Source: Oscillospiraceae bacterium (GTDB lineage: Bacteria; Bacillota; Clostridia; Oscillospirales; Acutalibacteraceae). Taken from it: 45,724 nt of DNA. The DNA is taken from NCBI GenBank assembly GCA_050873305.1, contig JBNMIN010000001.1, positions 1-45,724 of the forward strand. Direction: 5' to 3'. The notes under the pieces are model-generated. The model searched no databases. It worked only from the letters and a program-made list of their open reading frames with translations, and was not told where the DNA came from. A program made the position numbers and the translations under genes. This document shows, piece after piece, positions 18,489-27,521 of this stretch. The first letter of the stretch is position 1; each line of letters starts with the position of its first letter.

Positions 18489-19175
18489 TTATTCAGTAAC
18501 TTTGTCCGTGCGCAGCCTGTATCTGCGATCCCTGAGCAGCTTTTCGAGGCAGTGCGGGCAGGCGGGACGCTCGGGGAAGAAGAGTCCGCCGGGGTGAACA
18601 TTCAGCTTGCCGTGATAATCCGAACCTGATGTTACGCGCAGGTGGCTGTATCTCTTCGCCCAAGCTTCGGCAATCTCGTTGTTCGATTCGTGACCGGGGT
18701 GGGCGTTGTATATCTCAACTCCGTCGAGCAGCTCGTCGTCGGTGACTGTCATGCCGACTCTGAACGGGTGCGCCTGAAAAACAATGAGATTGTTCTCGTC
18801 CGCTATCGGTCTGAAGTCCTCAAGGCACTCTATCCTGTCGAGGTCGGGATGCGAATAGACAAAGTTCTCGTTGAAGCCGTAGACAAGATAGTCGTTGTCG
18901 TTTTCGAGGAATCTCAGCTCCATGCCGAGAAGAACCGTGAAATCTTCGGTCTCGAGTGCCTTTGCGGCTCTGTAACCCTCGAAGAAATGATCCGCTTTCT
19001 TCTCCCAAGGCTCGTCGGCTATCTTTTCCATCGTGCCCGTATGCATGTGGTCGGTTATGACTATTCCGTCGTAGCCGAGATTTTTGAAAGTATTTACGAC
19101 CTGCTCCGCAGGAACTTCGCCGCACCTGCTCGTCTGCGAGGTGTGCGCGTGCATTTCAAAAAGATATTCTTTCAT
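18489..19175 (-). CDS. PHP-domain phosphoesterase
   Basis: HAHT, ITDH, LGMELRF, QAHPFR, GVEIYN, GSDYH metal-binding motifs; start at MKEYLF. Confidence 0.85.
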   Translation of the reverse strand: MKEYLFEMHAHTSQTSRCGEVPAEQVVNTFKNLGYDGIVITDHMHTGTMEKIADEPWEKKADHFFEGYRAAKALETEDFTVLLGMELRFLENDNDYLVYGFNENFVYSHPDLDRIECLEDFRPIADENNLIVFQAHPFRVGMTVTDDELLDGVEIYNAHPGHESNNEIAEAWAKRYSHLRVTSGSDYHGKLNVHPGGLFFPERPACPHCLEKLLRDRRYRLRTDKVTE

Positions 19176-19260
19176 CCGTCTCACTCTTTCTCGTTTTGTC
19201 GTGAGTATTATACTCCGATATAAATGCTTTCGCAATTATTTTTTGAATTTTGGAGAATTT

Positions 19261-19896
19261 ATGAAAAACTATTCGCTTATTATCTGGGATTTTAACGGTA
19301 CTCTGCTCGACGATGTCGGCGCGGCGCTCGGCTCCGTCAACGATATGCTTGCCCGCCGCTCAAAGGAGCCGATAACGCTCGATGAGTACCGTGAATATAT
19401 AGATGTGCCCATTCGCCATTTCTATGAGCAGGTGCTCGACCTCGAAAACGAGGACTACGATTTGATTCTCAACGAGTTCCAGCAGGGCTATGAAGCCCAT
19501 GTCAAAAACTGCGGACTAACCCGTTTCGTCTCTGCGGCTCTTGAAGAGGCAAAGCGCCTCGGCATCCCGCAGGTCGTGCTCTCGTCGAGCGAACAGAGCC
19601 AGCTCGAACGACTTTTGAAGCACTATGAAATCGACGGATATTTTGACTCCGTTCTCGGCGCGGACAACCTCCTTGCCGGCAGCAAGGTCGAGCGCGCGGA
19701 AAAATTTATCGAGGAGCACGGCGTCGATGCGTCAAAAGCCGTCGTTGTCGGCGATCTTCTGCACGACTGTGATGTCGCAAAGGCGATCGGCTCGCAGTGC
19801 CTGCTTATAACGAGCGGACACCATGACCGAGCCCGTCTCGAGAGCGCCGGCGTGCGCGTTGAAGATACGCTGAAAAGCTTTGTGGAGGAAAACTGA
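19261..19896 (+). CDS. HAD-family hydrolase (phosphoglycolate phosphatase-like)
   Basis: WDFNGTL motif I, VLSSS motif II, K and GDLLHD motifs III/IV. GGAG RBS. Confidence 0.88.
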   Translation: MKNYSLIIWDFNGTLLDDVGAALGSVNDMLARRSKEPITLDEYREYIDVPIRHFYEQVLDLENEDYDLILNEFQQGYEAHVKNCGLTRFVSAALEEAKRLGIPQVVLSSSEQSQLERLLKHYEIDGYFDSVLGADNLLAGSKVERAEKFIEEHGVDASKAVVVGDLLHDCDVAKAIGSQCLLITSGHHDRARLESAGVRVEDTLKSFVEEN

Positions 19897-19909
19897 TTTT
19901 TTCCGCCAC

Positions 19910-19938
19910 TTGAAGAAAATCCTTATATGTGCTATTAT
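19910..19938 (+). promoter_or_regulatory. sigma-A promoter for the ABC-F gene
   Basis: TTGAAG-17 bp-TATTAT with TG extension; 11-bp hairpin (19945-19970) just downstream. Confidence 0.55.
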
Positions 19939-20000
19939 ATTATACTGCGGGCGAATGCGTTTGTCCGCAGATATTTATTGCAAAAAAACGGGAGAACAAG

Positions 20001-21611
20001 ATGATAACAGTATCCGATCTCAGCTTCAATTTCGGCACCCAGACCCTGTTCAAGGGCGTCGATCTCAAATTTACGCCCGGCAACTGCTACGGTATAATCG
20101 GCGCAAACGGCGCGGGCAAATCAACATTTCTGAAAATACTTTGCGGTGAGCTCGAGCCCTCGCACGGCTCGGTCATAATCCCGCCGACCGTCAGAATGTC
20201 CGTGCTCCGTCAGGATCACTATGCTTTTGACGAATACACCGTGCTCGACACCGTTATTATGGGCAACCGCCGCCTCTATGATATAATGAAAGAAAAGGAC
20301 GCGCTCTATGAAAAGCCGGACTTCAGCGAAGAGGACGGAATGCGCGCCGCAGTGCTCGAAGAGGAGTTCGCCGAGCTCGACGGCTGGGAGGCTGAGTCAG
20401 ATGCGTCAAAGCTCATTCAGGGTCTCGGCCTTGAAGAGAGCCTGCTTTATGAGCAGATGGCGTCGCTCTCCGGTTCGCAGAAGGTCAAAGTTCTGCTCGC
20501 ACAGGCGCTTTTCGGCAACCCCGATATAATCCTGCTCGACGAGCCTACGAACGACCTTGATATAGCCGCCGTCAAATGGCTCGAAGATTTCCTGAGCGAA
20601 TATTTCGGAACGGTCATAGTCGTTTCGCATGACCGCCACTTCCTCAATAATGTCTGCACGCGAATAGTCGATATCGATTATTCCGAGATAAAGATGTATG
20701 TCGGCAACTACGAGTTCTGGTATGAGTCGAGCCAGCTCATTCAGAAGCTCATAAAGCAGCAGAACAAGAAAAATGAAGAAAAGGCGAAGGAACTTCAGGC
20801 TTTCATCGCAAGATTCTCCGCGAATAAATCGAAGTCCCGCCAGGCGACTTCGAGAAAGAAGCTGCTCGATAAGCTTACTATCGAAGAGCTCCCCGCGTCG
20901 AGCCGCCGCTATCCGTTCGTCGGCTTCGATATGGACAGAGAGGTCGGCAAGGATATTCTCACAGTCGAGGGATTGACCAAGGAAGTTGACGGAGTGAAGC
21001 TTCTCAATAATGTCAGCTTTACCGTGCGCAAGAACGACAAAATAGCCTTTGTCGGAAAAAGCGAGCAGGCGATAACTATGCTCTTCAAAATTCTCATGGA
21101 AGAGGAGACCCCCGACAGCGGCAGCTTCAAGTGGGGACTGAGCACCTCACGCTCCTATTTCCCGGCGGACAACTCCGCGTTCTTCAACTCCGATCTCAAT
21201 CTTATCGACTGGATGCGCCAGTATTCAAAGGATCAGACGGAGACTTATATCCGCGGCTTCCTCGGCAGAATGCTGTTTTCGGGCGACGCAGTCCTGAAGC
21301 CCGTCAATGTCCTCTCCGGCGGAGAAAAGGTCAGATGCATGCTCTCGCGCATGATGCTCTTCGGCTCGAATGTTCTCATTCTCGATCAGCCGACGAACCA
21401 CCTCGACCTCGAGTCCATAACCGCCGTCAACAACGGACTTTCGGATTTCAAGGGCAACGTGCTGTTCTGCTCGCACGACTACGAGATAGTCAACACCGTC
21501 GCCAACAGAATAATCGAGATCTGCGACGACGGCGTTATCGACCATTCGGGCAACTACGACGATTTTGTCGAGTTCAAGGAGAGCCGCGGCATGGAAGTCA
21601 CCACGCTCTGA
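20001..21611 (+). CDS. ABC-F ATPase (YbiT/YkpA subfamily, ribosome-associated)
   Basis: Two NBDs, no TM segments; GANGAGKST, LLDEPTNDLD, SHDRHFLN, linker RFSANKSKSRQATSRKK; second NBD degenerate (LDQPTNHLD). Confidence 0.9.
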   Translation: MITVSDLSFNFGTQTLFKGVDLKFTPGNCYGIIGANGAGKSTFLKILCGELEPSHGSVIIPPTVRMSVLRQDHYAFDEYTVLDTVIMGNRRLYDIMKEKDALYEKPDFSEEDGMRAAVLEEEFAELDGWEAESDASKLIQGLGLEESLLYEQMASLSGSQKVKVLLAQALFGNPDIILLDEPTNDLDIAAVKWLEDFLSEYFGTVIVVSHDRHFLNNVCTRIVDIDYSEIKMYVGNYEFWYESSQLIQKLIKQQNKKNEEKAKELQAFIARFSANKSKSRQATSRKKLLDKLTIEELPASSRRYPFVGFDMDREVGKDILTVEGLTKEVDGVKLLNNVSFTVRKNDKIAFVGKSEQAITMLFKILMEEETPDSGSFKWGLSTSRSYFPADNSAFFNSDLNLIDWMRQYSKDQTETYIRGFLGRMLFSGDAVLKPVNVLSGGEKVRCMLSRMMLFGSNVLILDQPTNHLDLESITAVNNGLSDFKGNVLFCSHDYEIVNTVANRIIEICDDGVIDHSGNYDDFVEFKESRGMEVTTL

Positions 21612-21617
21612 CTCGGA

Positions 21618-21646
21618 TTGATATTTTTTGTGGTTTGTGTTATAAT
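21618..21646 (+). promoter_or_regulatory. sigma-A promoter
   Basis: TTGATA-17 bp-TATAAT with TG extension. Confidence 0.75.
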
Positions 21647-21702
21647 CAAAGCAGGGAAAATAGCGGAAAATAAAAATGATTTTTCGGGAAGGACAGTGAA
21701 TT

Positions 21703-23532
21703 ATGAATAATCAGAAAACTGTCAAAAGTGCAAACAGCGAAAAGAGCGCAGTGCTCTATATCGTGACCTGTGCGTTGGTCGTCATTCAGCCGCTGCTCGA
21801 TATACTTTCGTCTATTGTTATCAATCTCGGCAAGGCGAATTATATCAGCGTCTCGGGTGCCGTCAGGGCGGTTATCATCGCCGCCGTGACCGTGTTCACC
21901 CTCGGCTTCTACAAGGGCAAATACAGCACCCTGTTCAAAGTCTATAACGGTATCGCCGCCGCATATATCGCGCTGATGTGCCTTATGAGCGCGACCCGCG
22001 GCGACCATGTCGCGTTCCTCTATATGCTCGGACTCATGGCGGATACTTTCTTCTTTGCGTTCATGTTCCTGCTCATATTCGAGACCGCGCAGACCGTCGG
22101 ACGCAGAGTCCACCCCGCCGTTATAGCGGCGACAGCGCTCATCTACGCGCTGACACTTGTTATAAATTATCTTTCAAAGAAGGGCACGTTCCATTATTCG
22201 ACCTCGTTCGCCGTGGCGCTCGCTCTTCTTATCCCGACCGCTCTCGTTTTCTTTGTCTCCCATCTCGGCAGAAAGAAAGCGGAAAGCACAAAGCCCGCCG
22301 ATGCGGCGCTCTCGTGGATAGTCCCGGCGGCAGGTATTATCTTGCTTCTCGTCGGCGCAGTGCTTTCGAATTCAAAGCCCGTGCTCTTCGTCTCCGTCAT
22401 ATTCTCGGCGATTCTATTTATGTGGACGTTTTCATCCTGGCGAGACGGCAGAAAAGAGAACCGTCCGCCTATGATGCGCGCGTTCTTTTCGAGCGCACTT
22501 TTCTGCGTGCTTATTCTCGCGCTTCTGCCGATATCTCCCGTGAAGAGCAGCTTCGACGGCACGTTCAGCTTTAAGGGTATGTTCTATACATATAACGGTC
22601 AGCAGTCGCCGACCGTCAACCCGAACGGTGACGACCCTATATTCGGCGATGAGGACGAGGACGACGACAGCGATTATGTCCCGAACCTTGACTCCGGCTA
22701 TGTGCCCGGCAGCGACAAAAAAGACAACGACACAACAAAAGGCGATAAGACCACCGAAAAAAGCTCGGCTTCTACGGCAGGCGAATCCACAAAAGAACCC
22801 GCAGGCGACAGCACCGATGACACCTCCGAAGAAACAACGGAGATAAGCACCGAGACCACAAGATGGTGGCAGACGAAGCCCACGATACCGGACAGATCCG
22901 ATATCGAGAGCTTCCTTACCGATATCAGCAACCGTGTCACCCGCCCGGAGGAGAGCACAATGCCGCCCGTTGAGACCGATCCGGAACCCACCGCTCCGCC
23001 CAATACGGAGGAACCCGGCACGGTAGCTCAGGAGAACAACGCCCCCGCCGCCGCGATAGGCTTCGGCTCGCTTAGAAGCCCCGCGCTTCCGAATGCCGGT
23101 GCTATAAATATCGACAGAACGGTCTATTATTCAAAGATGTTCGGCGAGGGCGATATCCAGACAAAGCTCTTCGGCTTGAAATTCGCCGCGCTGTTCGATC
23201 AGACGGACTCGATAAAGACCGCGACAAAAGTCCATTCCGATCCCATAACCGTCGCGCTCAATTACGGCATACTCGGCTTTATTGTCTACATTCTGCCCGC
23301 GGCGTTCATTTTCCTGAAGCTGCTCACGTTTATCCTCGGAAATCTTTCAAAAGTTTTCCGTTCGGCAGGCTGCGCAGTCTATATGTTCACTTCCGTCGTT
23401 ATTCTGATTCTCTCCGCGCTCGACGGCGATATTCTGACATTTTCTGCAGTCGGCGGCGCCGCGTCGGTCATTTTGGCGAATGCTCTCTCCGTCAGCGAGG
23501 ATGCGCGCGACCGCTCGGCGGAAAATAAATAA
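21703..23532 (+). CDS. Polytopic membrane protein, O-antigen ligase/polymerase-like, with a large acidic Ser/Thr/Pro-rich loop
   Basis: About 9 N-terminal and 3 C-terminal hydrophobic segments. KLFG...HSDPITVALNYGILGFIVY resembles the Wzy_C/O-antigen ligase H-x-D...YGIxG motif. Confidence 0.6.
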   Translation: MNNQKTVKSANSEKSAVLYIVTCALVVIQPLLDILSSIVINLGKANYISVSGAVRAVIIAAVTVFTLGFYKGKYSTLFKVYNGIAAAYIALMCLMSATRGDHVAFLYMLGLMADTFFFAFMFLLIFETAQTVGRRVHPAVIAATALIYALTLVINYLSKKGTFHYSTSFAVALALLIPTALVFFVSHLGRKKAESTKPADAALSWIVPAAGIILLLVGAVLSNSKPVLFVSVIFSAILFMWTFSSWRDGRKENRPPMMRAFFSSALFCVLILALLPISPVKSSFDGTFSFKGMFYTYNGQQSPTVNPNGDDPIFGDEDEDDDSDYVPNLDSGYVPGSDKKDNDTTKGDKTTEKSSASTAGESTKEPAGDSTDDTSEETTEISTETTRWWQTKPTIPDRSDIESFLTDISNRVTRPEESTMPPVETDPEPTAPPNTEEPGTVAQENNAPAAAIGFGSLRSPALPNAGAINIDRTVYYSKMFGEGDIQTKLFGLKFAALFDQTDSIKTATKVHSDPITVALNYGILGFIVYILPAAFIFLKLLTFILGNLSKVFRSAGCAVYMFTSVVILILSALDGDILTFSAVGGAASVILANALSVSEDARDRSAENK

Positions 23533-23559
23533 CACGCTGATATATCAAAAATAAACATG

Positions 23560-23585
23560 GCGTCCCGCTTGCGGGACGCTTTTTT
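23560..23585 (+). terminator. Rho-independent terminator
   Basis: GCGTCCCGC-tt-GCGGGACGC followed by TTTTTT. Confidence 0.85.
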
Positions 23586-23694
23586 GATTTCTGTTGCATT
23601 TCAGAATTTTTATCTCTGCTCTCTGACGGATTTCCGAAAAATTTTCATAAAAACTCCGCTTTTCCACAAAAAATATTGAATCTAAATGGTACTA

Positions 23695-23724
23695 TTTACA
23701 TTTATATTTAATAGTGTGTATAAT
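23695..23724 (+). promoter_or_regulatory. sigma-A promoter for the dat-...-alr operon
   Basis: TTTACA (23695-23700)-18 bp-TATAAT (23719-23724); overlapped by ACTATT...AATAGT inverted repeat (23691-23715). Confidence 0.6.
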
Positions 23725-23841
23725 GAATATGCTGAAAATCGCGGGAAAACAGGCTTCGATTTTGCGCCTTTGCCCGATGCGGATTTTTGAATAATTGTTG
23801 ATTATATCCTGCATTTTTGCAGGGAAAGGAATGGTATATAA

Positions 23842-24684
23842 ATGGAAAATCTGGGGTATTACAACGGCAAATTCGGTCCTCTTGAAGAAATGATGGTTCC
23901 CATGAACGACAGAGTGTGCTATTTCGGCGACGGCGTCTATGACGCGACTTACAGCCGCAACGGCGTCATCTTCGCTCTTGACGAGCACATCGACCGTTTC
24001 TTCAACAGTGCGGGACTGCTCCGCATTGAGCTTCCCTGCACAAAGGACGAGATGAAAGACATTCTCAACGATATGGTCAGCAAGGTCGATTCCGGCAACA
24101 ACTTTGTCTATTGGCAGGCGACCCGCGGCACCGGTATCCGCAACCATGCGTTCCCCAAAGAGGGCAAGGCGAACATCTGGGTCACTATAAAGCCCGCCGA
24201 GGTTCAGGATCTTTCCCGCCGCATAAAGCTCATAACCCTCGAAGATACGAGATTCCTTCACTGCAATATAAAAACTCTTAATCTTATCCCGAGCGTCATG
24301 GCGGCTCAGAAGACCGCCGAGGCCGGCTGCGACGAGAGCGTTTTCCATCGCGGCGACAGAGTCACAGAGTGCGCTCACAGCAATGTACATATCATAAAGG
24401 ACGGTGTGTTCAAGACCCATCCGACCGATCATTATATCCTGCCCGGCATCGCCCGCGCGCATCTTATCAGAGCGTGCAAGGCGAACAATATCCCGGTTGA
24501 CGAGACTCCGTTCACCGTCGCCGAGCTTATGGATGCCGATGAAGTTATCGTCTCTTCGTCCGGTTCGTTCTGCCTTGTCGCAAACGAGATAGACGGCAAG
24601 CCCGTCGGCGGCAAAGCACCCGAGCTTATCGACATCCTCCAGAAATACCTCGTCAAAGAGTTTATCGACGCTACAACTGTCTGA
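23842..24684 (+). CDS. dat: D-amino-acid aminotransferase (PLP fold type IV)
   Basis: DR..YFGDGVY, RNHAFP (DAAT RxH signature), CNIKTLNL (catalytic Lys), VTECAHSN, ILPGIAR. Confidence 0.85.
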   Translation: MENLGYYNGKFGPLEEMMVPMNDRVCYFGDGVYDATYSRNGVIFALDEHIDRFFNSAGLLRIELPCTKDEMKDILNDMVSKVDSGNNFVYWQATRGTGIRNHAFPKEGKANIWVTIKPAEVQDLSRRIKLITLEDTRFLHCNIKTLNLIPSVMAAQKTAEAGCDESVFHRGDRVTECAHSNVHIIKDGVFKTHPTDHYILPGIARAHLIRACKANNIPVDETPFTVAELMDADEVIVSSSGSFCLVANEIDGKPVGGKAPELIDILQKYLVKEFIDATTV

Positions 24685-24698
24685 GGGAGGGGAGCGGT

Positions 24699-25766
24699 AT
24701 GACGCAAAAAGAGCTCACTCTTCTCAATTTAGGCGACAGCCTCGATAACATCTCCAACATCGACCCCAGAGGATACGGCGTGTGTCATATCCTCTATCCC
24801 GCTTCGCGCGAATACACGGGCGGTCCCCTCTGCATGAACGCAGCGGGGAAGCTCTGCGACACTCTGAAGCAGGATAACCTCGTCTATATAATGACAGGCT
24901 TTGTCCTGCCTCCGTTCGGCAGTGCCGAGACGGACGGCGTTATCAGCTCCGTCCTGCTCGCGCGTTCGCTCGTTATCGCGTTCGGCGCAAAGCCTGTTAT
25001 CGTCTGCCAGGAGGAGAATGTCCCCGCCGTCAAAGCTATGGCGGCAGTTGTCGGACTTCATCTCTATGAGTCGATAGACGAGCTGAAAAAATATCCGATA
25101 TCCATGGCCGTCGTACCCTTTACAAAAGATAAGTCAAAGGCAGAGAGCTGCGCCGATGAGATAATCTCCCACGGCAAGCCCGCAGCAGTTATCAGCATCG
25201 AAGCGCCCGGCGAAAATAAAATCGGCAAGTATCATAACGCCACCGGACTTGATGTGACCGACCTTGAGGCGAAGATGGATATCCTCTTCGATAAGCTTCG
25301 CGCCATGGGCGTGCTCAATATCGCGATTGGCGACCTCGGCAACGAGATAGGCATGGGCACTATCGCGCCCCATCTGCATAAGCATATTCCCTATGCCAAC
25401 GAGGGCGAGTGCCGCTGCGGATGCGGCGGCGGAATAGCCGTTCGGAGCATCACCGATAATATAATCACCGCGACCGTCTCCGATTGGGGCTGCTACGCGA
25501 TGATAGCGGCGATAGCTTATCTCAAAAAAGATATTGATATCATGCACACCGCCGAACTCGAGGGCGAGGCGATAACCGCCGCCGCGCGCAACGGCATGAT
25601 CGATATGTACGGCTGGTGTATCCCGGCTATCGACGGCTTCGGCAAGAGCATGAACATGACGATAGTCAACCTCATGCGCGAGTGCGTCAGCTACGCGCTG
25701 AGACTTGAGGACACCTGCAAGACCTGGTTCGAAAAGGTCATTGACAAGGGCTTTTTCGGCGAATAA
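24699..25766 (+). CDS. DUF4392 / D-glutamate cyclase C-terminal-like domain protein
   Basis: MTGF, ETDG, IEAPG, IGDLGNEIGMG, VSDWGCYA, IDG motifs match the family pattern (ETDGP, IERxG, GDGGNExGMG, VSNWG) with substitutions. Confidence 0.8.
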   Translation: MTQKELTLLNLGDSLDNISNIDPRGYGVCHILYPASREYTGGPLCMNAAGKLCDTLKQDNLVYIMTGFVLPPFGSAETDGVISSVLLARSLVIAFGAKPVIVCQEENVPAVKAMAAVVGLHLYESIDELKKYPISMAVVPFTKDKSKAESCADEIISHGKPAAVISIEAPGENKIGKYHNATGLDVTDLEAKMDILFDKLRAMGVLNIAIGDLGNEIGMGTIAPHLHKHIPYANEGECRCGCGGGIAVRSITDNIITATVSDWGCYAMIAAIAYLKKDIDIMHTAELEGEAITAAARNGMIDMYGWCIPAIDGFGKSMNMTIVNLMRECVSYALRLEDTCKTWFEKVIDKGFFGE

Positions 25767-25786
25767 CCAAAAAGGGGTAAAAAGCT

Positions 25787-26518
25787 ATGAACGAAACGCT
25801 GTTTCTTCCGGCCGGAGATTCGGCGGTCAATGTTGATTTCGGCAGGACTATAGACCCCGAGATAAACAAAAAAATACGCGGCCTGTCTGACTCGCTGTCC
25901 CGTAAGCCGATACGCGGGGTGACGGAATGTATTCCTACGTTCCGCTCCCTGCTCGTCTGCTACGATCCCTTGCAGACGGGCTGTGAGGATTTGATAAAGA
26001 AGCTCAAAAAGCGGATAAAATCGCTCGACCAGGTGTCGGGCGGGGAGAAGAGAGTGTTCAATATCCCCGTCTGCTACGGCGGCGAGTTCGGCGAGGATAT
26101 AGCCTTTGTCGCGTCCCATGCCGGGCTCACCGAGCAGGAGGTCATAGACATACACACGGGCAGAGATTATCTTATCTTCATGCTCGGATTCCTGCCCGGA
26201 TTTGCTTATCTCGGCGATATGGACAAACGCCTGCACACTCCGCGCCTGCCAAATCCGCGAACGAGTATTCCAGCGGGCTCTGTCGGCATAGGCGGCGAGC
26301 AGACCGGAATATATCCGCTCGCGTCTCCGGGCGGATGGCAGCTTATCGGCAGAACGCCCGTTAAGCCCTATGACCCGAACCGCGCGGAGCCGATACTCTA
26401 TCGCGCAGGCGATTATATCCGCTTCTTCGCTGTCGATGAACAGGAGTATCGCCGCATCGAAGAACTCGTCAGCCGCAACGAATACGAGTGCAGAATAACG
26501 ACCGGGGAGGGAAAATGA
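25787..26518 (+). CDS. pxpB: 5-oxoprolinase subunit B (KipI-like)
   Basis: GDSAV, PTFRSLLV.YDP, IPVCYGGEFGED, GFLPGFAYLG, PAGSVGIGG.QTGIYP..SPGGWQLIGRT. Confidence 0.93.
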   Translation: MNETLFLPAGDSAVNVDFGRTIDPEINKKIRGLSDSLSRKPIRGVTECIPTFRSLLVCYDPLQTGCEDLIKKLKKRIKSLDQVSGGEKRVFNIPVCYGGEFGEDIAFVASHAGLTEQEVIDIHTGRDYLIFMLGFLPGFAYLGDMDKRLHTPRLPNPRTSIPAGSVGIGGEQTGIYPLASPGGWQLIGRTPVKPYDPNRAEPILYRAGDYIRFFAVDEQEYRRIEELVSRNEYECRITTGEGK

Positions 26519-26519
26519 T

Positions 26520-27506
26520 ATGAGTATGCATATAATCTCTCCCGGTATGCTCACCACCGTTCAGGATCTCGGGCGCCGCGGCTATATGGCATCGGGATTC
26601 CAGCAGGGCGGAGCAATGGATCAGTTTGCCGCCAGAGCCGCCAATATCCTGCTCGATAACAGCGAGTCGGACGGCGTGCTCGAAATGACCCTGCTCGGCG
26701 TCAAAGCTTATTTTGATGAGGACAATGTGATTGCGATAACCGGAGCCGAGTTTGCTCCCACCGTGACCGATTCCGAGACAGGCGAAGTCACCGAGCTTCC
26801 GATGAACCGCGCCGTGCGCATCAAAAAGGGCGATGTGCTCGATTGCGGGAGCGCCAGGAGCGGACTCCGCGGTTATCTCGCCGTGGCGGGCGGCTTTGAT
26901 ATCGCGCTCGTTATGGGCAGTATGTCAACTAATCTTAAATGCAAAGTCGGCGGCTTCGAGGGCAGAAAGCTGAAATCCGGCGATGTCCTGCCGCTTCGTT
27001 ATCCGCAGAGTGATCTTTACGGCATGACTTCTCGAGTTTTCGAGCCCGAGAAGCAAAAAGACGGCACAGTCACCGTCCATGTCATACCCGGGCCGCAGGA
27101 TGATTATTTCTCCGACAAGGGCAAAAATATCTTTTATTCCGAAACTTATTCCGTCACCGGCGACTCCGACAGAATGGGCATAAAGCTCGACGGTACTCCG
27201 GTCGAGAGCGTTGACGGCGTCGATATAATTTCGGACGGCATCGTCGCGGGCTCGGTTCAGATCCCGTCCTCCGGCAAGCCGATAATCATGATGGCGGACA
27301 GACAGACTACAGGCGGCTATGCAAAGATAGCCACGGTCATCACCGCTGATTTGCCCCTGCTCGCCCAGCTTCGTCCGGGTGGCAGCCTGCGCTTTGAAAA
27401 GGTCGATCTCCAATATGCCGTCAAGCGTATAAAACAAGAAAATAAGCTTCTCAAAAAACTACAGTATAAGATTCTCAGAGCGGATACCTCTATATCCGGC
27501 TCCTGA
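26520..27506 (+). CDS. pxpC: 5-oxoprolinase subunit C (KipA-like)
   Basis: PGMLTTVQDLGR.GY, GAMD, GLRGYLAVAGG, SDRMG, GSVQIP..G.PII..ADRQTTGGYAKI. Confidence 0.93.
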   Translation: MSMHIISPGMLTTVQDLGRRGYMASGFQQGGAMDQFAARAANILLDNSESDGVLEMTLLGVKAYFDEDNVIAITGAEFAPTVTDSETGEVTELPMNRAVRIKKGDVLDCGSARSGLRGYLAVAGGFDIALVMGSMSTNLKCKVGGFEGRKLKSGDVLPLRYPQSDLYGMTSRVFEPEKQKDGTVTVHVIPGPQDDYFSDKGKNIFYSETYSVTGDSDRMGIKLDGTPVESVDGVDIISDGIVAGSVQIPSSGKPIIMMADRQTTGGYAKIATVITADLPLLAQLRPGGSLRFEKVDLQYAVKRIKQENKLLKKLQYKILRADTSISGS

Positions 27507-27521
27507 TTGGAGGCAGATAAA

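Noticed and set aside
22600-23060. Possible tandem repeat or CRISPR-like array
   Set aside because: Low complexity at protein level only; no regularly spaced DNA repeats and no cas genes.
23842-24684. Calling the aminotransferase ilvE or pabC
   Set aside because: The RxH (RNHAFP) signature and CNIKTLNL context favour D-amino-acid aminotransferase.
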